From: Candidatus Tayloriibacteriota bacterium
GTDB lineage: Bacteria > Patescibacteriota > Minisyncoccia > Phycocordibacterales > UBA6065
Length of the DNA stretch: 64,000 nucleotides
NCBI GenBank assembly: GCA_016215405.1
Contig: JACRJQ010000007.1
Coordinates: 143-64,142 of the forward strand
Direction of reading: 5' to 3'
Shown one piece after another: positions 30,037-38,091 of the stretch (positions are counted from its first letter, which is position 1; every line of letters starts with the position of its first letter). The position numbers and the translations under genes were made by a program. The notes below the pieces were generated by a model, which made no database searches, was not told the DNA's origin, and saw nothing but the letters and a program-made list of their open reading frames with translations.

Positions 30037-30657
30037 CTATTTCAGGAGCTTAAAGAGGACCGGATAGACCCTCTCGGCGACCCGCGCGTATCCCTGGCTG
30101 TTAGGGTGGATCGAGTCTGCCATATATCTCGAATCTCCGAATATGCCGTCGAGGACGTCTGGCACATACGCTGACCCCGTCTCTTTCGCTAGAGCCTCGT
30201 AGTATTCTGCCGCGTTGTCTGCGAGAAGGTTCGACCTCACGCCCAAAAGGAGGACGATCGCTCCTTTGGACTGGATCTTTCGGACGATCTGGCGGAGATT
30301 CGCGAAGGTCTCCTCCCTCGCCACCTTTCGCAAGAAGTCGTTGCCGCCCAAAAGGACGATGACGAGGCGCGGCTCCTTCTCGAGGACCCTATCTATCCGC
30401 GCGAGGGCGTCGGCCGAGGTATTGCCCGATACGCCGAGGTTCGCGATTGGCTCCTTTATCATGTTCGAGAGGAGCGACACTAGGTCTCCTCCCTTATTCG
30501 CGCCCACGCCTTCGACGAGACTGTCGCCGAACGCTACGATAGGGCCGTCCTTCGGAGGATAGTTCGTTATCTTCGCGTCACGCCCATACGCAAAGAAGAG
30601 CGCGAGCCCGACCGCCGCGACAAGGCCTGCCAAAACGAGCTTTTTATTGCTAGTCAC
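30037..30657 (-). CDS. SGNH/GDSL hydrolase (arylesterase or TesA-like)
   Basis: It has the GDSL motif VAFGDSLVEG and a signal anchor. Confidence 0.8.
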   Translation of the reverse strand: MTSNKKLVLAGLVAAVGLALFFAYGRDAKITNYPPKDGPIVAFGDSLVEGVGANKGGDLVSLLSNMIKEPIANLGVSGNTSADALARIDRVLEKEPRLVIVLLGGNDFLRKVAREETFANLRQIVRKIQSKGAIVLLLGVRSNLLADNAAEYYEALAKETGSAYVPDVLDGIFGDSRYMADSIHPNSQGYARVAERVYPVLFKLLK

Positions 30658-30666
30658 GTCCAGATT

Positions 30667-30963
30667 TTACCACGTCTTCGGCGGCGGCTTTACGTGCAGC
30701 ACGACGCTGTCGCCCGCGAATATCCCTTCTGCCTTCCTCACCTTCGCCTTTAGGGCGATGAAGTATTTCCCCTCCCCGAGAGGCAAAAGGGCTGTCTTCC
30801 ACTCAGTCTTGCCGACTTTGGCTACGATAGGCACGAATCTGAAGAGCTTCGGCGGAACGCCCTCTATGATCCTTTTCGCAACCTCGTCAGGCACACCGAC
30901 CCATACCCAGCCTCCGATCCCCGGAAACACGTTCGCCTTGCCCTCTATCCTAAAACCCGCCAT
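30667..30963 (-). CDS. DUF1905 domain protein
   Basis: The 98-aa product has …GKTEWKTALLPLGEGKYF…. Confidence 0.6.
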   Translation of the reverse strand: MAGFRIEGKANVFPGIGGWVWVGVPDEVAKRIIEGVPPKLFRFVPIVAKVGKTEWKTALLPLGEGKYFIALKAKVRKAEGIFAGDSVVLHVKPPPKTW

Positions 30964-30966
30964 ACG

Positions 30967-31305
30967 CTAGAAGAAAAACAGCATGACGCCGGCGATCGCT
31001 GCAGAGATCGCGGAGACGAGGACGTACCCCGCCATGGCGTCTTTGATCTTGCCTATGACCGGATCCCTCTGGGGCTCGATCTTGTCGCAGATATCCTCGA
31101 TCGCGGTGTTCACGATCTCTCCCATAAGGACCCAGCCGATGAGGATGACGAGGATGATCCATTGCCACGGCGCGAAATCTCTCAGGTATGCGGCGATCGC
31201 CACGACGACCGCTACGACGACGTCTACTCTGAAATTCCTCTCCTCTCTCCAGACTATGCGCAGCCCGTTCGTCGCCCAGCCAAAGCTTCTAAGAAAATTT
31301 CTCAT
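30967..31305 (-). CDS. dgkA: diacylglycerol kinase (prokaryotic DgkA family)
   Basis: The 112-aa product has 3 TM segments and …EIVNTAIEDICD…. Confidence 0.8.
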   Translation of the reverse strand: MRNFLRSFGWATNGLRIVWREERNFRVDVVVAVVVAIAAYLRDFAPWQWIILVILIGWVLMGEIVNTAIEDICDKIEPQRDPVIGKIKDAMAGYVLVSAISAAIAGVMLFFF

Positions 31306-31312
31306 ATCGATA

Positions 31313-31789
31313 TCAAAGCTTGTAAAGACCCTCCCTCTTAAGCTCCTCGAGGCCTATCTCCCGGTAGAAGACCCCTCCGTGGAGCGCTCCGAAAGCCTCC
31401 CTCACGTGTAGGGTCATGTTCTCAGGCAACGCGTCCAAAGAAGCCCATTTAAGGTCGTCGCACTTGCGAGGCTCCATATTGCGGACATCTCCCTTCCACT
31501 TGCTCGTTTTGAAATAGAAATCCGCGTAATCGTCGGTATCGTCGTGCTTTGGGCGGTAAGAGACGAAGAAGAGCTCGATGTCCTCGGGCGAGACTTCGAC
31601 TCCGACCTCCTCTTTCGCCTCGCGGATCGCCGCCTCGCTCGGAAGCTCGCCCTCCTCTACGTGGCCCGAAGGCACCTGATACGATCCATCCTCGTATCCT
31701 GTGTTAGCCCTTCGCGCCAAAAGGTATCTCCCCTCCTTCTCGAGAAAGAGATACGCTGCGGGAATTGCCTTGTTCCTCTCTTTCTTCAT
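31313..31789 (-). CDS. NUDIX hydrolase
   Basis: It has the Nudix box GHVEEGELPSEAAIREAKEEVG. Confidence 0.8.
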   Translation of the reverse strand: MKKERNKAIPAAYLFLEKEGRYLLARRANTGYEDGSYQVPSGHVEEGELPSEAAIREAKEEVGVEVSPEDIELFFVSYRPKHDDTDDYADFYFKTSKWKGDVRNMEPRKCDDLKWASLDALPENMTLHVREAFGALHGGVFYREIGLEELKREGLYKL

Positions 31790-31792
31790 GCC

Positions 31793-32359
31793 TTAGTACT
31801 TCCTTATCACCCCTTTGACCACCGCAGCTATCTTGAGGTCGTACTCGGGGTAGATCGGCTTGTAGTTTTTGTTAGCCGGTTCGAGATAGACCTTGCCGTT
31901 CTTCTTTCGGTAATACTTCATAGTCCAACCCCCGTCGACTTCTGCGATGACGATCTCTCCCTCCTTCGCAGTAGTAGCTTTTTCCGCAACCACGAGGTCG
32001 CCCTCTTTTATCCCCTCTTCTATCATAGAGTCGCCCTTGACCTCGAGAAGGTACGAACTCTCCCGATCCTCTACGAGGAACGTGTTGAGGTTCATCGTAT
32101 CGAGCTCCGACTCCTCGGTAAGGGTCGGTATGCCGGCCTCGACCAGCCCAAGGAGCGGTATCTCGTCCGCTCCGCGCGTAAACGAGATTCGTCCCTGAGC
32201 GTCTTTGGAGAGGACGCCCGCCTCTACGAGCTTGTTGATGAGCTTGTAGACGGCGTTCTTCGATTTGAAGCCGGTAAGGTCCATGAGCTCCTTATAGCCC
32301 GGCATCCTCTTGTGCCTTTCGTAGAACGCTACTATCTTTTTCTTGTAAGTGTCTATCAT
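31793..32359 (-). CDS. lexA: LexA repressor
   Basis: It has a winged HTH N-terminus and an S24 peptidase domain with the GDSM motif and a Lys. Confidence 0.9.
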   Translation of the reverse strand: MIDTYKKKIVAFYERHKRMPGYKELMDLTGFKSKNAVYKLINKLVEAGVLSKDAQGRISFTRGADEIPLLGLVEAGIPTLTEESELDTMNLNTFLVEDRESSYLLEVKGDSMIEEGIKEGDLVVAEKATTAKEGEIVIAEVDGGWTMKYYRKKNGKVYLEPANKNYKPIYPEYDLKIAAVVKGVIRKY

Positions 32360-32386
32360 GAGATGGCTTTAGGGACCGCGACCTTC

Positions 32387-32596
32387 TTAGAACATGAACA
32401 TCGCCGCCATAGATGCCATCTTACCAAAGATTCCCTCGCTTCTAGACTCGTTCAACCTCTCGAGCTGGCGCAAGAGTATCCTGTGCCGCCTCGCCTCCTC
32501 CCTATACGAGAGGCCTCGGACGATCTTGAGGTCTATCCTCCAATTGAGCTCGCGGAGCTCTCGCTTCACCGTCTTAAGTAGTTCGTGCTTGGACAT
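32387..32596 (-). CDS. hypothetical 69-aa protein co-transcribed upstream of lexA
   Basis: It has a coiled-coil-like Arg/Glu-rich body with a hydrophobic C-terminal tail (MASMAAMFMF). It sits behind a LexA box. Confidence 0.4.
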   Translation of the reverse strand: MSKHELLKTVKRELRELNWRIDLKIVRGLSYREEARRHRILLRQLERLNESRSEGIFGKMASMAAMFMF

Positions 32597-32638
32597 ATTC
32601 GCTTTAAACTAATCTGCTAACTTCGTGTTTAAAGTATA

Positions 32639-32656
32639 GGTGAACCAGAGTTCACC
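32639..32656. promoter_or_regulatory. LexA (Cheo-type) box GGTGAACcagaGTTCACC
   Basis: It is a perfect GAAC-N4-GTTC palindrome between the divergent lexA operon and the sigma factor gene. Confidence 0.55.
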
Positions 32657-32793
32657 TGCAAGCCCATACCTGTGGATAACCTTATTTTAGAGCTTCAGGA
32701 CGGGACAAATTGGTTCGTTGTCATTTTAATGATACGTGGTAATGTTCTTCTGAAACACGCACAGAAACCCCTTTTTACCCCAGGAGAGACCCT

Positions 32794-33546
32794 ATGATAG
32801 CGACGAGTTCGGAGATCGCCTCCTTAACCGAAAATCAGAGGAGAGAGCTCTTTGAAGAGAACCTAGGCCAGCTCGAGGTGTTCGTGAATTCGCGAATCGG
32901 ACTCCTCCCTTCAAGCGTCATCGCATTGCACGGAGACGATCTTCGTCAGGTCGCACGCTTCGCGCTCTGGAAAGCCGCGCTGGCATATGACCCGCAATCG
33001 AACGTCCCCCTCTTCGCGTATGCGCACCTCAGAATCAGAGGAGCGATACTCGACGAGCTGCGAAAGATCGACACGATGCCCCGACGAATGCGCGCTATGA
33101 AAAGGCGCATCGAGGCGAGGCGGATCGAGCTCGAACAGCAGAAGCTTTGCACGGTCGATGACGACGAAGTGCTCGCTGATCTCCAGATCGACGAGCGGAC
33201 GCGCGCGAAGCTCAAGTCGAACGAATCCGTCTCGTTCATAAGCCTCGATTCCTGTATCGACGGAGATGAGGGTCAAGGCTCTCAGATCTGCGAGTTCGTA
33301 GCTGACGAGAAATGTGGACACCCTTCATCGGAGATCGACCGGGACGAGGATTCATCGAGCCTCGACGACTGTCTTGAAAGACTTAGCCCCGTAGAGAGGT
33401 CGGCCGTAAAGATGTATCACATCAACGGTATCCCGCTCAAGGACATCTCGAAGTGCCTCGGACTCACGGAGAGCAGGCTCTGTCAGATCATGGACACATC
33501 TCTTGAAAAGCTCAGAAAGCTCATGCAGAGAAAACACGCGAAATAA
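32794..33546 (+). CDS. sigma-70 family RNA polymerase sigma factor (group 3, FliA/SigB-like)
   Basis: It has region 2 (…DDLRQVARFALWKAALAYDP…) and a region 4 HTH (…LSPVERSAVKMYHINGIPLKDISKCLGLTESRLCQI…). Confidence 0.85.
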   Translation: MIATSSEIASLTENQRRELFEENLGQLEVFVNSRIGLLPSSVIALHGDDLRQVARFALWKAALAYDPQSNVPLFAYAHLRIRGAILDELRKIDTMPRRMRAMKRRIEARRIELEQQKLCTVDDDEVLADLQIDERTRAKLKSNESVSFISLDSCIDGDEGQGSQICEFVADEKCGHPSSEIDRDEDSSSLDDCLERLSPVERSAVKMYHINGIPLKDISKCLGLTESRLCQIMDTSLEKLRKLMQRKHAK

Positions 33547-33589
33547 CAAAGCGGCGCACCAAAAGTGCGCCGCTGCTTTTTGCCTGAGA

Positions 33590-34486
33590 TCAGGCATGAG
33601 TGCTGAAAGCCTGGATCAATTTCACGATATCCGAGCGCGATCGCTCCATGAGCCCAAGCAGCTCTCGGACCTTCTCGGGACCTCTGCCTTTGACCACTCG
33701 CGCGACCTCTCCCTCGTTCTTGACGAGCAGAGAGACGCGGTCGTGGGTCCGAGCAAAGAGCCCCATGATCCCTTCAAACTCCTTATCGGGCCTGGTCCGA
33801 CGATGATTTGGAGTCGAGCGACCGAGCTGGGCCGTCTTGATGAGGTTCTTGAGATGCGCTCTCGAGAGCCCCGCCACGACCGCCATTTCGGCGAGGCCCG
33901 TCTGCTCGGATTGCGGCAGATCCGCCAGGTCCGAGGCGTGCATCAGAGGGAGCCTTTCGCTCTCCGGCCGAGTGGTCCTCAACATGTCGATGACCTTCGG
34001 ATGAAGAGTCGACACGCGCTTGTGCGTATTGACCCATGCCACCGACTTTCCGAACCTCAGAGCGATCTGCTCCATGGTGCGCCCCCTCTTTTCAAGGCGA
34101 CGGATAGCATGGATTATCTCGATCGTAGTGTGCGGCGCCTGAGGATAGTTGGCATTGAGAGATTTCTCGAACAGGTCCTCCGGATCCTCGATGACGGGAC
34201 CGACGACGGCCCAGACAAGGCAATTCGCCTTCTTGCATGCTCTCCACCTGTATTCGCCGTCGACGATCATAAAGAGAGCGCCGTCGCGGGGCGGGTCGAG
34301 GGGCATGAGGATGATCGGCTTTTCGGTGCCGAACTCCTTTATGTTCTTCGCGAGCCGGTCGAGGTCTGATTCGTCGAATTCTTCGCGAGGCTGTGTCGGG
34401 TTCGGGATAATGAGTCCCGGCGGGATCATGAGTTTCCCGTCTGACGTCAGAAACTCAGCATATCTTTCGCTGGATACTGCATTCAT
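33590..34486 (-). CDS. ParB-like nuclease domain (ParB/Srx fold) protein, orphan
   Basis: It has …IPNPTQPREEFDESDLDRLAKNIKEFG…DGEYRWRA… No parA is nearby. Confidence 0.7.
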   Translation of the reverse strand: MNAVSSERYAEFLTSDGKLMIPPGLIIPNPTQPREEFDESDLDRLAKNIKEFGTEKPIILMPLDPPRDGALFMIVDGEYRWRACKKANCLVWAVVGPVIEDPEDLFEKSLNANYPQAPHTTIEIIHAIRRLEKRGRTMEQIALRFGKSVAWVNTHKRVSTLHPKVIDMLRTTRPESERLPLMHASDLADLPQSEQTGLAEMAVVAGLSRAHLKNLIKTAQLGRSTPNHRRTRPDKEFEGIMGLFARTHDRVSLLVKNEGEVARVVKGRGPEKVRELLGLMERSRSDIVKLIQAFSTHA

Positions 34487-34598
34487 CCTGGATTCCTCCG
34501 TGGGTTTGAGTTTGGGTTTTGTTGTTGTGCTGCCTGGGACCTAAGACTATAGACAGCGAAAGAATTGTCAATGAAAGGAGTCCTTACCGACAGGCGGC

Positions 34599-34865
34599 CT
34601 ATCTCCCTGTGCGAAAACGCTTGCTGCGCCTCGCCAGAGCGTGATCGTTTCCCTCCTGCTTCTCCTTGAGCCCGCGGAACCTCACCTCGATCTTGTCGCC
34701 TTCGTCCACCTTGTCCCCCAGGACGGCTACGCGCCCGTTTATGATGACCTTTCCGGCCTCGATAAGCTTGTCCATATCACGGCGAGATCCTCGCCCTTCC
34801 ATGGCGAGGTATTTGTTTATCCTCATCGGAAAGAGAGGCTTTTCTTCTTGCGTGTTTTGATCCAT
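34599..34865 (-). CDS. S4 domain RNA-binding protein (Hsp15/YlmH-like)
   Basis: It has …MRINKYLAMEGRGSRRDMDKLIEAGKVIINGR…. Confidence 0.7.
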   Translation of the reverse strand: MDQNTQEEKPLFPMRINKYLAMEGRGSRRDMDKLIEAGKVIINGRVAVLGDKVDEGDKIEVRFRGLKEKQEGNDHALARRSKRFRTGR

Positions 34866-34876
34866 AGGATTTGAGT

Positions 34877-35134
34877 CTATCCTTTATTAGTACGTAAAGC
34901 GAGCAAGAGCTTATTCGCCCTCGTAAGCCGCTTTACCCGAGCTTCGGCGACAGAGGCGAACGATCGGTCCCGGTAGCGCCTCGCATAGACGAGCTCTACC
35001 GGCCTGCGCGCCCTCGTGTACTTCGCCCCTGACGCGCCTTCGTTATGCTCGCGGAGCCTGCGCGCGATATCGGTGGTGATGCCGGTATAGAGAGTGCCGT
35101 CCGCGCAGCGAAGCATGTAGAGGTGGTAAGCCAT
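34877..35134 (-). CDS. GIY-YIG nuclease family protein (UPF0213)
   Basis: It has YHLYMLRCADGTLYTGITTDIARRLREHN. Confidence 0.8.
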   Translation of the reverse strand: MAYHLYMLRCADGTLYTGITTDIARRLREHNEGASGAKYTRARRPVELVYARRYRDRSFASVAEARVKRLTRANKLLLALRTNKG

Positions 35135-35139
35135 ATCTT

Positions 35140-35358
35140 TTAGACCCTCTTTATAAAAAGCTTCGACGGTCTGTCGGTGCCGCGAACAAGGGCGATCGAC
35201 TTCTCCGGAACACCCAGATACCTCGCGAGGAGGGCGCGGACCGCCGCGTTCGCCCTCCCGTCTAGGGCAGGCTCTCGCGTAGACACGACAAATCGGCCGT
35301 TCTTCTCGAGGACGAAGTCTTCTCTGCTATCCGGCTTCGCTGTGACTTTTATATACAT
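35140..35358 (-). CDS. DUF167 (YggU-like) protein
   Basis: The 72-aa product has …DGRANAAVRALLARYLGV…. Confidence 0.65.
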   Translation of the reverse strand: MYIKVTAKPDSREDFVLEKNGRFVVSTREPALDGRANAAVRALLARYLGVPEKSIALVRGTDRPSKLFIKRV

Positions 35359-35370
35359 ATCCCCCGCGTT

Positions 35371-35398
35371 ATTCTCACATTCTCAAGAATGTGAGAAT
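35371..35398. repeat. 28-bp palindrome ATTCTCACATTCTCAAGAATGTGAGAAT, copy 1, in the promoter of the ArsR-like gene
   Basis: It is a perfect inverted repeat about 65 bp upstream of the ATG at 35464. Confidence 0.7.
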
Positions 35399-35463
35399 GA
35401 TTATTTTAGAAAGATTTTATCTCGACCTGCTTCAATTGTAGCGCTACCACCTAATCATAGCGT

Positions 35464-35733
35464 ATGTACAAGCCAAGACAGCTCGAAAGGATAGTGAAAG
35501 GATTCTCGAACCACAGGCGCATAGATATCCTGCGCCTTCTCGCGAAGAGGCCCGAGCTCTCGGTGCTCGATATATCGACCGATCTCAAGATCAACTTCAA
35601 GACTGCCTCCGAGCATATACGACGGCTCGCCATCGCTGGGGCGGTGATGAAGCGGAGCGAAGGGCGCGCCATACGGCACGCGCTCACGCCCCGCGGCGAG
35701 AATATTCTCAGATTCTTGAGAATATTGGAATGA
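35464..35733 (+). CDS. ArsR/SmtB family transcriptional regulator
   Basis: It has a winged HTH (…RRIDILRLLAKRPELSVLDISTDLKINFKTASEHIRRL…). Confidence 0.75.
   Translation: MYKPRQLERIVKGFSNHRRIDILRLLAKRPELSVLDISTDLKINFKTASEHIRRLAIAGAVMKRSEGRAIRHALTPRGENILRFLRILE
35701..35726. repeat. degenerate palindrome AATATTCTCAgattctTGAGAATATT inside the 3-prime end of the ArsR-like CDS
   Basis: It shares the ATTCTCA/TGAGAAT arms with the intergenic copies. Confidence 0.5.
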
Positions 35734-35734
35734 A

Positions 35735-36004
35735 TCAGTCGATCTTTTGGAGCGCTTTGTAGAGGGTGCCGGTAAGGCCCAAGGCGAGGGCTCCGGCGAT
35801 GAAGAGTATCCACGGATGCTCGTCGACGATCGGTATCTCCCCTACGGTCTCGCTAAAGCCCTTCGAGAACGCGGCGACGGAGAACGTGAGGAGAAATGCG
35901 AAAACGAGGGGGTAGCGGCGAAGCACAGGCTGAGTGATGCTCCCCGCCCTGTCGTGGATATCCTTTACCATGTCTTCGATGCGCTTTATCGGGTCTTTTT
36001 CCAT
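35735..36004 (-). CDS. hypothetical small protein with a C-terminal TM segment
   Basis: It is an 89-aa ORF whose start is flanked by palindrome copy 2. Confidence 0.4.
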   Translation of the reverse strand: MEKDPIKRIEDMVKDIHDRAGSITQPVLRRYPLVFAFLLTFSVAAFSKGFSETVGEIPIVDEHPWILFIAGALALGLTGTLYKALQKID

Positions 36005-36036
36005 GGCTTTATCCTACCATCCGCGCCGCCATCCCG

Positions 36037-36072
36037 CCTCATTCTCACAGTCTTGAGAATGTGAGAATGAGG
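36037..36072. repeat. palindrome copy 2 (inverted orientation, 1 mismatch)
   Basis: The sequence is cctcattctcacagtcttgagaatgtgagaatgagg. Confidence 0.7.
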
Positions 36073-36125
36073 CGGAGACACGGAGAAAAGGGACAAAAAA
36101 ACAGGAAAAAAGAGAGCGTAGAGCC

Positions 36126-36800
36126 CTAAAGAGAAAAGAGGCGCGAGCGCCAATTTTCGGGCGAGAGCTTCGAGAGCTCGAGGGCATCCTCGACCGAGAA
36201 TCGGTCTATCTTCATCCTGCGGAGCTCCGAGAGATATCCGCCCACGCAAAGCCGCGCCCCAAGGTCGTTCGCGAGCGACCGTATATACGTCCCCGACGAG
36301 CATTCGACCCGAACCGAGAGGAGGGGCCATTCGTAGCTGAGGATTTCGAACTTATGCACCTCGACGTCGCACTCCTTTGGCTTTACCTCTATCCCCCGCT
36401 GCGCGAGCTTGTAGAGGCGCTTGCCCTCGAACTTCTTGGCCGAGAACATGGGCGGGACCTGCTTTATCTTTCCCACAAAGCCTTTCACCGCATCCTCCAC
36501 CTCTTTGCGCGAAGGCGCTACAACGCCGTTATTGACCGTGATCTTGCCCGTCTTTTCGTATGTCTCGGACACCGCGCCCAGAGCGATCGTCCCTACGTAC
36601 TCTTTATCCTTCTTTAAAAGCTCGCCGAGCCTCTTGGTCGCTTCTCGCCCCACCCCCACGATGAGAAGCCCTGTCGCGAACGGGTCCAAAGTCCCGCTGT
36701 GCCCCACCCTCTTTACGCCTGTCGCCCTGCGCACATGATCTATCACATCATGCGACGTCATCCCCGCAGGCTTATCTATAAGAAGGAATCCGGAATCCAT
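36126..36800 (-). CDS. truB: tRNA pseudouridine(55) synthase
   Basis: It has …HSGTLDPFATGLLIVGVG… with the catalytic Asp motif. Confidence 0.9.
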   Translation of the reverse strand: MDSGFLLIDKPAGMTSHDVIDHVRRATGVKRVGHSGTLDPFATGLLIVGVGREATKRLGELLKKDKEYVGTIALGAVSETYEKTGKITVNNGVVAPSRKEVEDAVKGFVGKIKQVPPMFSAKKFEGKRLYKLAQRGIEVKPKECDVEVHKFEILSYEWPLLSVRVECSSGTYIRSLANDLGARLCVGGYLSELRRMKIDRFSVEDALELSKLSPENWRSRLFSL

Positions 36801-36841
36801 TGCCCCACTCTATTTCACCGCGCGCAAGAGAGCAAGGAGCC

Positions 36842-36881
36842 CGAATCATTCTCACATTCTCAAGAATGTGAGAATGATTCG
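36842..36881. repeat. palindrome copy 3 (extended 18-bp arms)
   Basis: The sequence is cgaatcattctcacattctcaagaatgtgagaatgattcg. Confidence 0.7.
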
Positions 36882-36945
36882 GGCGGGCGGATGGGCGGAT
36901 GAGCAGACCGTGCTCACATTCGTGTTCGTGTCCGAATGGGCGACT

Positions 36946-37497
36946 TTATCGATCAGGCTCGCTTAGGAGAGAAAAAAGCTTTGTCGCCGTGTTCCAGTTA
37001 CGGACCGTCATGCTCTTGTATGCGGGCTTGGACGCGAGCTTTGGGAGCTTGCTCTGGGCCGCTTTCTTTATGATCCGCGAGAAATAGAGGACGTCGTCCC
37101 CCTGCCAGGCCTCGTCGACGCCGTCACGCGCCTCGACGCTTTTTATCGCTTCGGCCGCCGTCATGGGCGCTCGCAGGAATATGACGTCGTAGCGATACCT
37201 CTCCGGCTCCTCCCCAAATCCCTTCGGAGCCTTCCGTACCACTTTCGACAGTATCATATATGGCACTACCACCACGCAGGCCTTGTATCCAAATTCCTTC
37301 GAGAGGCCCCTCTCGATCGTCTGCGAGAGCGTTTCCAGGTCCTTCTCGTCGGATTCGAATATCACATTACCGCTCGCGATGTACGTCCTCGTCTCCCCAA
37401 ACCCCATCGCCTCAAAGCACGCCTTCAGATCCGCCATCTTTATGAGGTTATTCCCACCCACATTAATCCCCCGAAGAAGCGCACAGCACTTCATCAT
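36946..37497 (-). CDS. DUF1697 family protein
   Basis: It has …ALLRGINVGGNNLIKMADLKACFEAMGF…. Confidence 0.7.
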   Translation of the reverse strand: MMKCCALLRGINVGGNNLIKMADLKACFEAMGFGETRTYIASGNVIFESDEKDLETLSQTIERGLSKEFGYKACVVVVPYMILSKVVRKAPKGFGEEPERYRYDVIFLRAPMTAAEAIKSVEARDGVDEAWQGDDVLYFSRIIKKAAQSKLPKLASKPAYKSMTVRNWNTATKLFSLLSEPDR

Positions 37498-37513
37498 CTT
37501 GATTTTGTCTTAT

Positions 37514-38047
37514 CTAATTTGCTTCAGGCAGACCTAATTTATTTAAGGGGATTGTATTGAAAAAATAATCACAACCGTTTTCGCGTATATAGGCAAGAAC
37601 ATCCTTATATGAAGGATGTGAAAACCAATCATTCAAAATATAGTAATACTCAACCTTTGCACCTAGATCTCTGACCAACTTCATGTACTGAGCCCTCTTA
37701 AAAGCTGATGTTTGGAGCTTTTCATCAACAGATCCAGAAACTTTCTGAAACTTCATTTCAATTATATGCAACGTGTTAGTTGCAAATACATATACCGCAT
37801 CGTCAGGCAATAGTTTCTTTGAAATGATTTCCTCGTGGTTAATCCCTTTTGCCTTAAGAAATTTGTACAAGGCACTTTTTCTGAGATGCATTGCGAGTGG
37901 TGTTCCGTTAAAGGAAATCGTGCCATCTTTTGCAATGCTATAACCCTTTACCTGCCCAAGGACAGCAAGAAAATCTGCCTTCTTCTCAAAGTGAAGGCCT
38001 GTAACGGTATTCGCACCTCCCTTGCCGCCAGTTTTCATGATCCACAT
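37514..38047 (-). CDS. putative PD-(D/E)xK nuclease (candidate restriction endonuclease), AT-rich foreign gene
   Basis: The 177-aa product has …LLPDDAVYVFATNTLHIIEMKFQK… (PD…ExK spacing). It is divergent from the Dam-like MTase gene and has low GC. Confidence 0.45.
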   Translation of the reverse strand: MWIMKTGGKGGANTVTGLHFEKKADFLAVLGQVKGYSIAKDGTISFNGTPLAMHLRKSALYKFLKAKGINHEEIISKKLLPDDAVYVFATNTLHIIEMKFQKVSGSVDEKLQTSAFKRAQYMKLVRDLGAKVEYYYILNDWFSHPSYKDVLAYIRENGCDYFFNTIPLNKLGLPEAN

Positions 38048-38091
38048 TCAATCATGAAAGTTCCAATCCGACAAAGGGAAATAATCATACA

